Shown: positions 1 through 12,869 of the stretch, piece by piece | Layout of the letters: each line of letters starts with the position of its first letter | Position numbering within the stretch: position 1 is the stretch's first letter | Origin: a phage | Length of the DNA stretch: 64,000 nucleotides | Reading direction: 5' to 3' (one strand) | Sequence record: OZ346219.1 | Position numbers and translations under genes: made by a program | Notes under the pieces: generated by a model | What the model saw: the letters and a program-made list of their open reading frames with translations, nothing else | What the model was told of the DNA's origin: nothing | Databases searched by the model: none

Positions 1-2817
<2,817 letters not shown>

Positions 2818-2851
2818 ATACGATAATGCATAAAAAGATGAGGAAATTCTA

Positions 2852-4855
2852 ATGACTCTATTATCACCGGGTTTCGAAACGAAAGAAACTACTCTCTCCA
2901 CTACCATTGTGCAATCTGCGACTGGTCGCGCGGCACTGGTAGGTAAATTCCAATGGGGTCCAGCTTTCCAGATTATTCAAGTAACTAATGAAGTTGAATT
3001 AGTTAATAAATTTGGTCAGCCGGATAATAACACCGCAGACTATTTCATGAGCGGGGCTAACTTCCTCCAGTATGGCAATGACCTGCGTGTTGTTCGTGTA
3101 TTGAATAAAGAAAAAGCGAAAAACGCAACTGCCCTAGCTGGTAACATCGAGTTTGAAATCACAAACGAAGGTTCAAACTATGAAGTAGGCGATACCATCA
3201 AGATTAAACATAACCGTCAAGATATTGAAACGGCTGGTAAAGTAACTAAAGTTGATGGTGATGGTAAAGTTAAGGGCGTATTTATCCCAACTGGTAAAAT
3301 TATCGCTCACGCTAAAGCAATCGGTGTATATCCAGAACTTGATGGCGGTTGGACGGCAGAGTTCACTTCTTCGTCAGGTAACGGTAGTGCGGTGCTGTCA
3401 GTAACTAAAATTGTTACTGATTCCGGTCTTCTGTTAACGGATCTGGAAACTTCCCGCGCCAATATCACAAATCAGACTTTCTTGACTAAACTCCAGAAGT
3501 ATGATATGCCAGCGGTAAGCGCGATCTATGCTGGTGAGATTGGCAACTCGCTGGAAGTTGAAATTCTGGCACGTAGCGCGTTCAGTGGCGCGGTAGCACC
3601 TGAATTAACTATGTATCCGTTCGGCGGAACTCGTGCCGCAGCACGCAACCTGATTCCATATGCACCGCAGAATGATAATCAATATGCATTTATTGTTCGT
3701 CGCGATGGTGTTGTGGTAGAATCCTATGTACTGTCTACTCTGAAAGGGGATAAAGACGTATACGGCAATTCTATCTACATGGACGACTTCTTTGCTCGTG
3801 GTTCTAGCCAGTACATCTATGCAACCGCTCAAGGGTGGGTAGATGGTTTCAGTGGTATTATCTCTCTTGCTGGTGGTGTTTCTGCTAACGAAGCAACGAC
3901 TGGTGGAGTTGGTGCTGATCCGTTCATCGGTGCGATGATGCAAGGTTGGGATCTGTTTGCTGAACGAGAATCTATTCACGTAAACCTGTTGATTGCTGGT
4001 GCATGTGCTGGCGAAGGCGATGCGTTCTCTACCGTACAGAAACATGCTGTTTCCATCGGTGATGAGCGTCAGGATTGCTTAGTAATGGTTTCTCCGCCGC
4101 GTAGCACTGTTGTTAATATTCCGGTGACTACTGCAATTGATAACCTGATTGCATGGCGCGAAGGTTCAGGAAACTATAATGAAAACAACATGAACATTAA
4201 TACCACTTACGCGGTTATTGATGGTAACTACAAATATCAGTATGACAAATACAACGACGTAAACCGTTGGGTTCCGTTGGCTGCTGATATTGCTGGTTTG
4301 TGCGCTCGTACTGATGCTGTATCCCAGCCGTGGATGAGTCCGGCAGGTTATAACCGTGGTCAGATCATGAACGTGGTTAAACTGGCAATTGAGCCTCGTA
4401 AGGCGCACCGCGATCGTCTGTATCAGGCCGCAATTAACCCGGTAATCGGTGCTGGCGGTGAAGGGTTTATCCTAATGGGTGATAAAACCGCTACGACTGT
4501 TCCTAGCCCGTTTGACCGCATTAACGTTCGTCGTCTGTTTAACATGCTGAAAAAGAATATCGGCGATTCAAGCAAATACAAACTGTTTGAAAACAACGAT
4601 AACTTTACTCGCGCTTCCTTCCGTATGGAGGTTTCGCAATATCTCAGCACGATTCGCTCTCTGGGTGGCATTTATGACTTCCGAGTACAATGCGACACCA
4701 CGAATAACACGCCGGATGTAATTGATCGTAACGAATTTGTTGCTAGTATGTTCATCAAACCAGCAAAATCGATCAACTATATCATGCTCAATTTCACTGC
4801 TGTTGCAACTGGTTCTGATTTTGACGAAATTATCGGTCCAGCTAACCAGGCATAA
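2852..4855 (+). CDS. 18: tail sheath protein gp18
   Basis: 667 aa; N-terminus MTLLSPG..FQWGPAFQI.QVTNEV and C-terminal NDVNRWVPLAADIAGLCARTD match T4 gp18; RBS gagg upstream. Confidence 0.96.
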   Translation: MTLLSPGFETKETTLSTTIVQSATGRAALVGKFQWGPAFQIIQVTNEVELVNKFGQPDNNTADYFMSGANFLQYGNDLRVVRVLNKEKAKNATALAGNIEFEITNEGSNYEVGDTIKIKHNRQDIETAGKVTKVDGDGKVKGVFIPTGKIIAHAKAIGVYPELDGGWTAEFTSSSGNGSAVLSVTKIVTDSGLLLTDLETSRANITNQTFLTKLQKYDMPAVSAIYAGEIGNSLEVEILARSAFSGAVAPELTMYPFGGTRAAARNLIPYAPQNDNQYAFIVRRDGVVVESYVLSTLKGDKDVYGNSIYMDDFFARGSSQYIYATAQGWVDGFSGIISLAGGVSANEATTGGVGADPFIGAMMQGWDLFAERESIHVNLLIAGACAGEGDAFSTVQKHAVSIGDERQDCLVMVSPPRSTVVNIPVTTAIDNLIAWREGSGNYNENNMNINTTYAVIDGNYKYQYDKYNDVNRWVPLAADIAGLCARTDAVSQPWMSPAGYNRGQIMNVVKLAIEPRKAHRDRLYQAAINPVIGAGGEGFILMGDKTATTVPSPFDRINVRRLFNMLKKNIGDSSKYKLFENNDNFTRASFRMEVSQYLSTIRSLGGIYDFRVQCDTTNNTPDVIDRNEFVASMFIKPAKSINYIMLNFTAVATGSDFDEIIGPANQA

Positions 4856-4889
4856 TCAGTAAATTAGCATAGATTAAAAGTTAAATCAA

Positions 4890-4908
4890 GCGGGGAGAAA
4901 ATCCCCGC
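4890..4908 (+). other. intercistronic GC stem-loop between genes 18 and 19
   Basis: gcggggag aaaa tccccgc inverted repeat; no clear T-run. Confidence 0.5.
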
Positions 4909-4928
4909 TCTATTAAGGAATATCAATT

Positions 4929-5423
4929 ATGGCACTCGATTTGAATGATATTACACGCGGTTTCGAGTCTGGCGATTTTGCTCGTCCTAACCTGTTTGAA
5001 GTTGAGATCCCGTATCTGGGGCAAAACTTTAAGCTGATGTGTAAGGCTGCGACTGTCCCGGCTGCTACCGTAGAAAAAATTGCTGTAGGCTATCAAAACC
5101 GTAAAATTAACATCGCTGGCGACCGTGTATACGACGACTGGACCATCACTGTATTCAACGATGACGCACACAAGATCCGTGATGCTATCGTTGCATGGAG
5201 CGATCAGACACACGGCACTGGTTCGGCGATCACTGGTGCAACTCCTGCACAATATAAGAAACAAGCTATTGTTCGTCAACTTAACCGTAACACCGAATCA
5301 ACTAGCGAAAAAACATTGTACGGTATTTTCCCAACCAACGTTGGTGAAGTAACCCTCGATTGGGAACAAAACAACGAAGTTGAAACGTTTGAAGTTACTT
5401 TTGCTATCGATTGGGTAGAATAA
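4929..5423 (+). CDS. 19: tail tube protein gp19
   Basis: 164 aa; FESGDFARPNLF, NRKINIAGDR, WPTNVGE..LDW..NNE..TFEV match T4 gp19. Confidence 0.95.
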   Translation: MALDLNDITRGFESGDFARPNLFEVEIPYLGQNFKLMCKAATVPAATVEKIAVGYQNRKINIAGDRVYDDWTITVFNDDAHKIRDAIVAWSDQTHGTGSAITGATPAQYKKQAIVRQLNRNTESTSEKTLYGIFPTNVGEVTLDWEQNNEVETFEVTFAIDWVE

Positions 5424-5435
5424 ATATATTATCAT

Positions 5436-5454
5436 GCGGGGAGAAGTTCCCCGC
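5436..5454 (+). other. intercistronic GC stem-loop between genes 19 and 20 (near-copy of the 18/19 stem-loop)
   Basis: gcggggag aagt tccccgc inverted repeat. Confidence 0.5.
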
Positions 5455-5481
5455 CTAATTTCTCCCAATTCGAGGTGAATA

Positions 5482-7047
5482 ATGTTTAGTAGATTAAAAA
5501 TGCTTGCGCGTTGGGCTGATTTTGACAACGACAAATACGAAGAACAAATTAAAGATAAAGCAGAGTCTATCGCCGCACCTAAAAACAATGATGGTGCTAC
5601 GGAAGTAGAAATTAATGATAATTCACCTGCTAGCTCGTGGAACTCTCTTACCCAGCAATTTTACAGCACCGACCAGAAAATCAGCACAACTAAGCAATTA
5701 GTTAACACATATCGCGGTTTGATGAATAACCATGAAGTCGAAAACGCTGTACAAAATATCGTTAACGATGCGATTGTATTTGAAGAAGGTCATGAAGTTG
5801 TTTCATTAAATCTTGAGGCGACTGGCTTTAGTGAATCTGTAAAAGAGCGCATTCATGAAGAATTTAAAGATCTTTTAAACACTATCCAGTTTGATAGGCG
5901 CGGTCAGGATATGTTCCGTCGCTGGTATGTCGATTCTCGTATTTTCTTCCATAAAATCATCGGCAAAAATCCAAAAGATGGTATCATAGAATTACGCCAG
6001 CTTGACCCACGTAATCTTGAATACGTTCGAGAGATCATTACAGAAGACACACCGGAAGGTAAAATTTATAAAGCAACGAAAGAATATTTCATTTACACTG
6101 TAGGCAATAGCTCTTATTGCGCAGGTGGTCAAGTATTCTCTCCTAATAGTCGCGTTAAAATCCCGCGTAGTGCTATTACATACGCTCACAGCGGCTTGAT
6201 GGATTGCGATGATAAATATATCATTGGTTATTTGCATCGGGCTGTTAAGCCAGCAAACCAGCTTAAATTGTTGGAAGACGCAATGGTCGTTTATCGTATC
6301 ACGCGTGCACCGGAACGCCGAGTGTTCTTTATTGATACCGGAAACATGAACAACCGCAAGGCTGCACAGCACATGAACTCAGTGGCACAGTCTTTTAAAA
6401 ACCGCGTTGTTTATGATGCATCGACTGGTAAACTTAAAAACCAGCAAGCAAATCTATCAATGACAGAGGACTACTGGTTACAGCGTCGAGATGGTAAAGC
6501 AATCACCGACGTTACTACTTTACCAGGTGCATCCGGTATGAGTGATATCGATGATATTCGCTACTTTAACCGTAAATTGTATGAAGCGTTGCGTGTGCCA
6601 TTGTCACGTAGCAATCTCTCCGATGCAAATATGGTGATCGGTGGTGACGGTTCAGAAATTACTCGCGATGAGTTGGAATTTTCGAAATTCATTAGAACTC
6701 TGCAATCACAGTTTTCGGAAGTATTGCGCGATCCGCTTAAATATAATCTGATTCTCAAAAATGTAATTACGGAAGACGATTGGGATCGTGAAATAAATAA
6801 TATCAAGGTGGTTTTCCATCGGGACTCTTACTATACAGAAGTTAAAGACGCGGAAATTTTAGAGCGTCGAATCGGTCTAATCGAACGTATTACACCTTAC
6901 ATTGGTAAATATTTCTCTAACCAGACAGTGATGCGTGACATTCTGAAATATACCGATGACCAGATGGACACCGAGAAGAAACAGATCGAAGAAGAAGCGA
7001 ACGATCCGCGCTTTAAACAAACTCCCGATGAAATAGAGGATTTTTAA
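5482..7047 (+). CDS. 20: portal vertex protein gp20
   Basis: 521 aa; RRWYVDSRIFFHKII, IGYLHRAVKPANQLKLLEDA, MTEDYWLQRRDGKA match T4 gp20. Confidence 0.96.
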   Translation: MFSRLKMLARWADFDNDKYEEQIKDKAESIAAPKNNDGATEVEINDNSPASSWNSLTQQFYSTDQKISTTKQLVNTYRGLMNNHEVENAVQNIVNDAIVFEEGHEVVSLNLEATGFSESVKERIHEEFKDLLNTIQFDRRGQDMFRRWYVDSRIFFHKIIGKNPKDGIIELRQLDPRNLEYVREIITEDTPEGKIYKATKEYFIYTVGNSSYCAGGQVFSPNSRVKIPRSAITYAHSGLMDCDDKYIIGYLHRAVKPANQLKLLEDAMVVYRITRAPERRVFFIDTGNMNNRKAAQHMNSVAQSFKNRVVYDASTGKLKNQQANLSMTEDYWLQRRDGKAITDVTTLPGASGMSDIDDIRYFNRKLYEALRVPLSRSNLSDANMVIGGDGSEITRDELEFSKFIRTLQSQFSEVLRDPLKYNLILKNVITEDDWDREINNIKVVFHRDSYYTEVKDAEILERRIGLIERITPYIGKYFSNQTVMRDILKYTDDQMDTEKKQIEEEANDPRFKQTPDEIEDF

Positions 7048-7290
7048 ATGAAACAATTTATCGAAGCAATTAAAACTCGCGATCTAACGCTGATCGAAAA
7101 AGAATTTGATAAGATCATGGAGGCTAAAAAAGCCCAGATCATCGAATCCCAGCGTGTCGAAATCGCATCCAGTATCATGATCGAAGGTGAAGAAGAAAAA
7201 GACCGCGATGATGAAAAAGATATGGATGATGAGGACGACGAAGACGAAGATCGCAAAGACGATAAAAAAGACAAAGAAGACGACGAATAA
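7048..7290 (+). CDS. 67: prohead core protein gp67
   Basis: 80 aa, acidic C-terminal tail; position and composition as T4 gp67. Confidence 0.85.
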   Translation: MKQFIEAIKTRDLTLIEKEFDKIMEAKKAQIIESQRVEIASSIMIEGEEEKDRDDEKDMDDEDDEDEDRKDDKKDKEDDE

Positions 7291-7302
7291 TAGGAAGCCA
7301 AC

Positions 7303-7710
7303 ATGATTAAAGATTTTACTCCTAAAGCTGACTTAGAAACTTTTCTGCCGGAAGCACAGGAAAAATTGGACATGTTGGCTATGTTTGAGTCAGAAGAACT
7401 ATTGAAAATCGTTGAAGGTATCTCCGAGGATGAGCCGGAACTGGCGGTAGCAATGCTGTCTATCATCGACGGAATTACTGTAAATGAAGCAATGGTTAAA
7501 CATGTAAACGCACGCGGGGAAGTTGCACGTAAGAAAGATCGCAAAACCCGTGAGCGTAATGCTTACATGACTACTGGCCTAAGCAAAGCTAAACGCCGTC
7601 AAATTGCCCGTCGTGCTGCAAAAACCAAACGCGCAAATCCATCTATCGAACGTCATGCGGAACGTAAGCGCAAAAAAGCAATGCGTAAACGTAAGGCGTT
7701 AGGATTATAA
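7303..7710 (+). CDS. 68: prohead core protein gp68
   Basis: 135 aa, basic C-terminus; synteny between 67 and 21. Confidence 0.8.
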   Translation: MIKDFTPKADLETFLPEAQEKLDMLAMFESEELLKIVEGISEDEPELAVAMLSIIDGITVNEAMVKHVNARGEVARKKDRKTRERNAYMTTGLSKAKRRQIARRAAKTKRANPSIERHAERKRKKAMRKRKALGL

Positions 7711-7721
7711 CAGGAAACAAC

Positions 7722-8417
7722 ATGGAAAAGAACGAATTACTGATCGAACAATGGGGCGTTCCTTGTGCTCGCGGTAGTTCGTCATTGCTTGAATCATTTG
7801 ATGATAAGGCTACAGGAAATCTCTATATTCAAGGGATTTTCCTGCAAGCCGAAACGGTAAACCGCAATAAACGCTGGTATCCTCGCAGTGTTCTAGAAAA
7901 TGCGGTTACTAAATACATACATGAACAAGTTGAGACACATCAAGCTCTAGGCGAACTTAATCACCCAGCAAGAGCAATGCCAGATCCATCTAATGCTTGC
8001 ATCATAATTGAAAAATTATGGTGGGAAGGTAATAACGTGATGGGTAAAGCCCGTGTTATTGAAGGGGATAAAGGCGCAGGTGATAAACTTGCGGCACTGA
8101 TTCGCGCTGGCTGGATTCCTGGCGTTTCCTCCCGTGGGTTGGGTCGGTTGAAAGACTCTGGTCGCGGATACAATATTGTACAGGAAGGTTTTGTGTTGAC
8201 GGTTGGTGTTGATGTTGTATGGGGTCCGAGCGCACCAGATGCGTGGGTAACTCCGGTGGTTGAGTCAACGGATAGCGATTCTAGCGCGTCAGACGCACCA
8301 GAAATCGATAAAACCGAAAAAGTGACTAACCCTACAGCCTCACAACAAAACATCGTAGAATTGAATAATAGCGCGTTTATGGCGCTCGCAGAAGCGTTAT
8401 CTAAACGCTATAAATAA
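7722..8417 (+). CDS. 21: prohead core protease gp21
   Basis: 231 aa; IEQWG, GIFLQAE.VNRNKR.YP, QALGELNHP, AGWIPGVSSRGLG, WGPSAPDAWVTP match T4 gp21. Confidence 0.92.
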   Translation: MEKNELLIEQWGVPCARGSSSLLESFDDKATGNLYIQGIFLQAETVNRNKRWYPRSVLENAVTKYIHEQVETHQALGELNHPARAMPDPSNACIIIEKLWWEGNNVMGKARVIEGDKGAGDKLAALIRAGWIPGVSSRGLGRLKDSGRGYNIVQEGFVLTVGVDVVWGPSAPDAWVTPVVESTDSDSSASDAPEIDKTEKVTNPTASQQNIVELNNSAFMALAEALSKRYK

Positions 8418-8448
8418 TAACGTCGTTATCAACAAGAAGGTTATAACC

Positions 8449-9243
8449 ATGCTTAAAGAAATGCTGCTCGAAGAAGCAAAACAGATCACCGTAGACGTTG
8501 CTCTCGATGACCTGTTTGAATCCGTCGAACTGTCGCCGGAAGTAAAAGAAAATTTTGGTACTATCTACGCTCAGGCGGTAAAAGCTAATGCTGTTGCTCT
8601 GGCAGAAAGCCACATTGAAAAAATCGCCGCTAAAGCCGATGAACTGGTAGAATCAAAGGTCGAAGAAGCACGCACCGAGATTGAAACCAAACTGTACGAA
8701 GATGCAGATAAATTCCTGAATCACTTAGGCGCTAAATGGCTGGCAGAAAATAAAGAAGCCGTTACCCGTAATATTAAAGCGGATCTGTGCGAATCCCTGA
8801 TTGGTTCTCTGAAAGATGTTTTCGTTACTCACAATGTTGTAGTACCGGAAGAATCTGTAGACGTTGTTGCTGAACTTGACGAAGCACTCAAAGAAGAAAA
8901 AGAAAAAACCTCTGAACTCTTTGATGCCAAACTGCAACTTGAAAGCGAAATTCGTGGCATGAAGCGCGAACAAGCGATCAATGAAAGCACTCGTGATCTT
9001 TCCGATACTCAGAAAGAAAAAGTAACCGCGCTGATTGAAGGTCTGGAATATAGCGAAACTTTCGATAAGAAATTAACTGCAATTGTCGAAATGGTTGCTA
9101 AGAAAGAAGACAAACCAGCGAAGATTGAAGAATCACTAAATACTGATGCCGACAAGCTGAATGTTATTGCAGAAGCTGTCGAAGAATCAGAGAAAAAGGC
9201 AACTGTAGATTCCGGCGTATCCCGCTACCTGAATTTCATCTAA
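8449..9243 (+). CDS. 22: prohead scaffold protein gp22
   Basis: 264 aa, highly acidic, coiled-coil-like; synteny between 21 and 23. Confidence 0.85.
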   Translation: MLKEMLLEEAKQITVDVALDDLFESVELSPEVKENFGTIYAQAVKANAVALAESHIEKIAAKADELVESKVEEARTEIETKLYEDADKFLNHLGAKWLAENKEAVTRNIKADLCESLIGSLKDVFVTHNVVVPEESVDVVAELDEALKEEKEKTSELFDAKLQLESEIRGMKREQAINESTRDLSDTQKEKVTALIEGLEYSETFDKKLTAIVEMVAKKEDKPAKIEESLNTDADKLNVIAEAVEESEKKATVDSGVSRYLNFI

Positions 9244-9261
9244 TGTAATTCAAATCTACTT

Positions 9262-9269
9262 TATAAATA
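9262..9269 (+). promoter_or_regulatory. T4-type late promoter (TATAAATA) upstream of gene 23
   Basis: exact TATAAATA 34 nt upstream of gp23 ATG. Confidence 0.6.
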
Positions 9270-9302
9270 CTTTAGGTTAACAACAAACAAGGTTTAAAGA
9301 AC

Positions 9303-10889
9303 ATGAAAACTACCAAAGAACTGATGGAAAAATGGTCCCCGCTGCTGGAGAACGAAAAACTGCCGGAAATCGCAACTGCGTCTAAGCAGAAACTGGTTGC
9401 TAAAATTCTGGAATCTCAGGAAGCGGATTTTGCTGTAGACCCGATCTATAAGGATGAAAAAGTTGTTGAAGCATTCGGTGGCTTTATCGCAGAAGCCGAA
9501 GTTGCTGGCGACCACGGTTATGACGCATCTCAGATCGCGGCTGGTCAGACCACTGGTGCAATCACTAACGTAGGTCCGGCTGTTATCGGTATGGTTCGCC
9601 GTGCTATTCCTAACCTGATCGCATTTGATATTTGTGGCGTTCAGCCGATGAGCACTCCGACTAGCCAGATCTTTGCAATCCGTTCTGTATACGGTCCTAA
9701 CCCGCTGGCGGCTCAGGCTAAAGAAGCATTCCATCCGATGTATGCGCCTGATGCGTTCCATAGCTCTCTTGCTGCTAAAGGTGCAATTGTCGGTTCTCCG
9801 ACCGGGACTCCGTTTGCTAAACTGGCAATCGGTACTCAGATTGAAGCAGGTGATATTGTACACCACACCTTCGCAGAAACTGGAATTGCATATCTGCAAA
9901 ACGTTACCGCAGAACAAGTAACCCCGACCAAAGCTGGCAGCGAGTCCGAAGATGAAGTTGTCATGAAGCTGATGGAAGAAGGTAAACTGGCTGAAATCGC
10001 TTTCGGTATGGCGACTTCCATTGCCGAAATTCAGGAAGGCTTTAACGGTTCCAGCAATAACCCGTGGGCTGAAATGTCAATGCGTATTGACAAACAGGTT
10101 GTTGAAGCGAAATCTCGCCAACTGAAAGCCCGTTACTCTATCGAAGTTGCACAGGATCTGCGTGCTGTACACGGTATGGACGCTGACGCCGAACTGAATG
10201 CTATTCTGGCTAACGAAGTTCTGCTTGAAATCAACCGTGAAATCGTTGACGTCATCAACTTTACCGCTCAGGTTGGTAAGACTGGTATGACTCAGACCGT
10301 TGGTTCTAAAGCTGGTGTATTTGACCTGCAAGACCCGATCGATACTCGCGGTGCTCGTTGGGCTGGTGAATCCTTCAAATCTCTGATCTACCAGATCGAC
10401 AAAGAAGCTGCTGAAATCGCTCGTCAGACTGGTCGCGGTGCTGGTAACTTTGTTATCGCTTCCCGTAACGTTGTAAACATTCTGGCTTCTGCTGATCAGG
10501 GTATCAGTCTTGCTATGCAGGGTGCTGCAAAAGGTCTGAATACCGACACCACTAAAGCTGTTTTCGCTGGTGTTCTGGCTGGTAAGTACAAAGTGTTCAT
10601 CGACCAGTATGCTCGTCAAGACTACTTCACCGTAGGTTACAAAGGCGACAACGAAATGGATGCTGGTATCTACTATGCTCCGTATGTTGCTCTGACTCCG
10701 CTGCGTGCAACTGACCCGCAGTCTTTCCACCCGGTTCTGGGCTTCAAGACTCGCTATGGCATCGGCATTAACCCGTTTGCAGACAGCAAATCCCAGGCAC
10801 CGTCCGCTCGCATCACCTCCGGTATGTTGAGCAAAGACAGCGTAGGTAAAAACGCATACTTCCGTCGTGTATGGGTTAAAGGTTGCTAA
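9303..10889 (+). CDS. 23: major capsid protein gp23
   Basis: 528 aa; GDHGY, MVRRAIPNLIAFDICGVQPM, DKQV.EAKSRQLKA.YSIE.AQDLRAVHGMDADAEL, YFRRV.VKG match T4 gp23. Confidence 0.97.
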   Translation: MKTTKELMEKWSPLLENEKLPEIATASKQKLVAKILESQEADFAVDPIYKDEKVVEAFGGFIAEAEVAGDHGYDASQIAAGQTTGAITNVGPAVIGMVRRAIPNLIAFDICGVQPMSTPTSQIFAIRSVYGPNPLAAQAKEAFHPMYAPDAFHSSLAAKGAIVGSPTGTPFAKLAIGTQIEAGDIVHHTFAETGIAYLQNVTAEQVTPTKAGSESEDEVVMKLMEEGKLAEIAFGMATSIAEIQEGFNGSSNNPWAEMSMRIDKQVVEAKSRQLKARYSIEVAQDLRAVHGMDADAELNAILANEVLLEINREIVDVINFTAQVGKTGMTQTVGSKAGVFDLQDPIDTRGARWAGESFKSLIYQIDKEAAEIARQTGRGAGNFVIASRNVVNILASADQGISLAMQGAAKGLNTDTTKAVFAGVLAGKYKVFIDQYARQDYFTVGYKGDNEMDAGIYYAPYVALTPLRATDPQSFHPVLGFKTRYGIGINPFADSKSQAPSARITSGMLSKDSVGKNAYFRRVWVKGC

Positions 10890-10974
10890 TATAAGCCATT
10901 CCTGAAAAACTCCGGTCGGGTGCAATACCCGACTTATCATAAACCTTATGACAGTGTAAAGTGTTAATTCCAAA

Positions 10975-11003
10975 GGGAAGACTCGAAAGGGTCTTCCCTT
11001 TTT
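10975..11003 (+). terminator. rho-independent terminator after gene 23
   Basis: gggaagac tcgaaag ggtcttccc followed by TTTTT. Confidence 0.8.
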
Positions 11004-11019
11004 GCGTATTATAACCCGT

Positions 11020-11027
11020 TATAAATA
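11020..11027 (+). promoter_or_regulatory. possible late promoter (TATAAATA)
   Basis: exact TATAAATA in the 23-24 intergenic gap; no nearby long ORF. Confidence 0.3.
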
Positions 11028-11389
11028 AGGTTGCAAGCCTATATTCTATTGTGAGCGAAAATAGATACACACAACAAAGACAGGAAGATGCAGAACATCG
11101 GTGGGTTGCTAGCCTAAATCCGGTGGCTATGATATGTGATTTCTTTTGATGCTGGATTTATTAAAACACAACAAACAATTCCACCAATTTTCGTAGTAAC
11201 TGCATGGCAAAGGGACCAATGAATGAAATGAGCGTTCATGTTGATATTGGGTCGGATAGATTTGGTAGATATACAAGATCTGGTGTATGCCGACCTTGTT
11301 ATGACATTCCAGTGTGACGCTAGCGGTAATTTTTGGTTTTGGTACGCTGTTCCCCGAATTAACCCAAAATTCTCCATAAGGAGGAATGC

Positions 11390-11542
11390 ATGAGTAAGAA
11401 AGAAAACAGCTATGTTATGACTCGTAAGGAATACAACGAATTGATGTTAGCATTAGCTTATGCAATTATTCGTTCTGATCATGCAATTAATCTGGTAAAC
11501 AAAGTTAACCGTAGCGTTGATAATGTTTCTAGGAAGAAGTAA
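11390..11542 (+). CDS. small hypothetical protein (50 aa)
   Basis: ATG preceded by aaggagg RBS; MSKKENSYVMTRKEYNELMLALAYAIIRSDHAINLVNKVNRSVDNVSRKK. Confidence 0.35.
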   Translation: MSKKENSYVMTRKEYNELMLALAYAIIRSDHAINLVNKVNRSVDNVSRKK

Positions 11543-11582
11543 GTTTATTTTTTGGAATCCTTTGGATTCCTTTTTCTTTTTG

Positions 11583-11590
11583 TATAAATA
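11583..11590 (+). promoter_or_regulatory. T4-type late promoter (TATAAATA) upstream of gene 24
   Basis: TATAAATA 38 nt upstream of the gp24 ATG. Confidence 0.55.
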
Positions 11591-11627
11591 TGATATATCC
11601 ATTAAGGCAAATACAGGATTCATAAAC

Positions 11628-12869
11628 ATGACTCATATTTTTACTGAACTGTTGCGGGAATCTACTTCCTCAGTAGCTAACCAGACAGCGCGACCGCAAC
11701 TATTATCATTAACTCGCGCGGTAAACAACCTGATTTTCTCTGATCTGGTAGCAATCCAGCCAACGGATCAACCAGTATCTGCATTGTACGGCCTACGTTA
11801 TCTTAATCATGATGGTCAGATGACTTTCCGAACTGCTGCAACCTACGGTGGCGCGGTTGGTGATCGCACAGAGATTGAAGAGTTTTCAAAAGAAAAATCT
11901 TATGACGAAGGCGCACTATTCAAATCAGGCGATGTTGTATACGAAGTTGTGACAGCTGGTACAGTCGGTGAAGATGCCGCAACTCCAGAAGCTGCGATCT
12001 TTAAAGGCGTAATGACAAACAAAATTCGTTTCTATAGCGATTGTGCATCGGTAGAATACTTTGAAGATAAAAACACCGAAATTGCGTCTACCTCTATGCA
12101 GTTTGACAAGTGGCAAGTTAATGTAGGTTCTCGTAAACTGAAAACCTCATTCACGACCGAATTGATGCAGGATCTTGAGGCAAGCCAAATCAACTCTGAA
12201 AACTCTGTAATTGATCTTCTGGCTACTGTTGCTTCCGAAGAGATCAACAAAGATATTATTCAGAAGTTGATCACTGTATCATCTCGCTATAAAATTAAAG
12301 GGATCACCCCTGATGGCGTACTTTCTCTCGTTAGCGTTCAGGATGCACCAACACAAGCGCGTGAACTTTACCGCTACGCGTGCGAGATGAGCAATCAAAT
12401 GTTGCGGACTTCCTCCTTTGCTGGTACATACGTTTTGGCGTCTTCTCGCGTGGTTGGCCTCCTGCAATCATCCGGTTGGATGGAAGAAACCGACAATGCT
12501 CTAAGCGAAGGTCGTCTACGTTGCGGTCTGGAAGTGTACGCAGACACGACAACACCTTTCGATTATATGCTCGTTGGTTGTAAGCACATGATCGGTGATA
12601 TGGAGAGTGTAGGTTCTCTGTTCTACTCCCCATATACAGAAGCCGACGGCGCTGGCGCGTATAAGAGCGTAATTGACCCTAATAGCTTCCAGCATCATGT
12701 AGCTATTATGAATCGTTATTCACTATCTGTCAACCCATACACATCAAAAGTTGATCAGGAAGAACACCAGGTCATCAAGGGTGACGATTGGGGTAAAATG
12801 GCTGGACGTTCAGAAATGTCCTACATTTTAGGAATCGAACTGCCACCGCTTGAGATTGACAACGCTTAA
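11628..12869 (+). CDS. 24: capsid vertex protein gp24
   Basis: start set at MTHIFTELLRE (track ORF begins 11517); LTRA...DLVA.Q.T.QPV.A, KWQ..V.SRKLKT, MAGRSE match T4 gp24. Confidence 0.9.
   Translation: MTHIFTELLRESTSSVANQTARPQLLSLTRAVNNLIFSDLVAIQPTDQPVSALYGLRYLNHDGQMTFRTAATYGGAVGDRTEIEEFSKEKSYDEGALFKSGDVVYEVVTAGTVGEDAATPEAAIFKGVMTNKIRFYSDCASVEYFEDKNTEIASTSMQFDKWQVNVGSRKLKTSFTTELMQDLEASQINSENSVIDLLATVASEEINKDIIQKLITVSSRYKIKGITPDGVLSLVSVQDAPTQARELYRYACEMSNQMLRTSSFAGTYVLASSRVVGLLQSSGWMEETDNALSEGRLRCGLEVYADTTTPFDYMLVGCKHMIGDMESVGSLFYSPYTEADGAGAYKSVIDPNSFQHHVAIMNRYSLSVNPYTSKVDQEEHQVIKGDDWGKMAGRSEMSYILGIELPPLEIDNA

Noticed and set aside
3605-4045. 146-aa minus-strand ORF inside gene 18
   Set aside because: Antisense to a well-supported sheath gene; no RBS or promoter; typical spurious antisense ORF.
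7044-7544. 166-aa Ser-rich minus-strand ORF across genes 67 and 68
   Set aside because: Low-complexity mirror of the acidic GA-rich coding sequence on the + strand.
10077-10973. 298-aa minus-strand ORF inside gene 23
   Set aside because: Antisense to the major capsid gene, which has strong protein-level support.
11114-11377. 87-aa minus-strand ORF in the 23-24 intergenic gap
   Set aside because: No RBS; opposes the late transcription unit; no motif.
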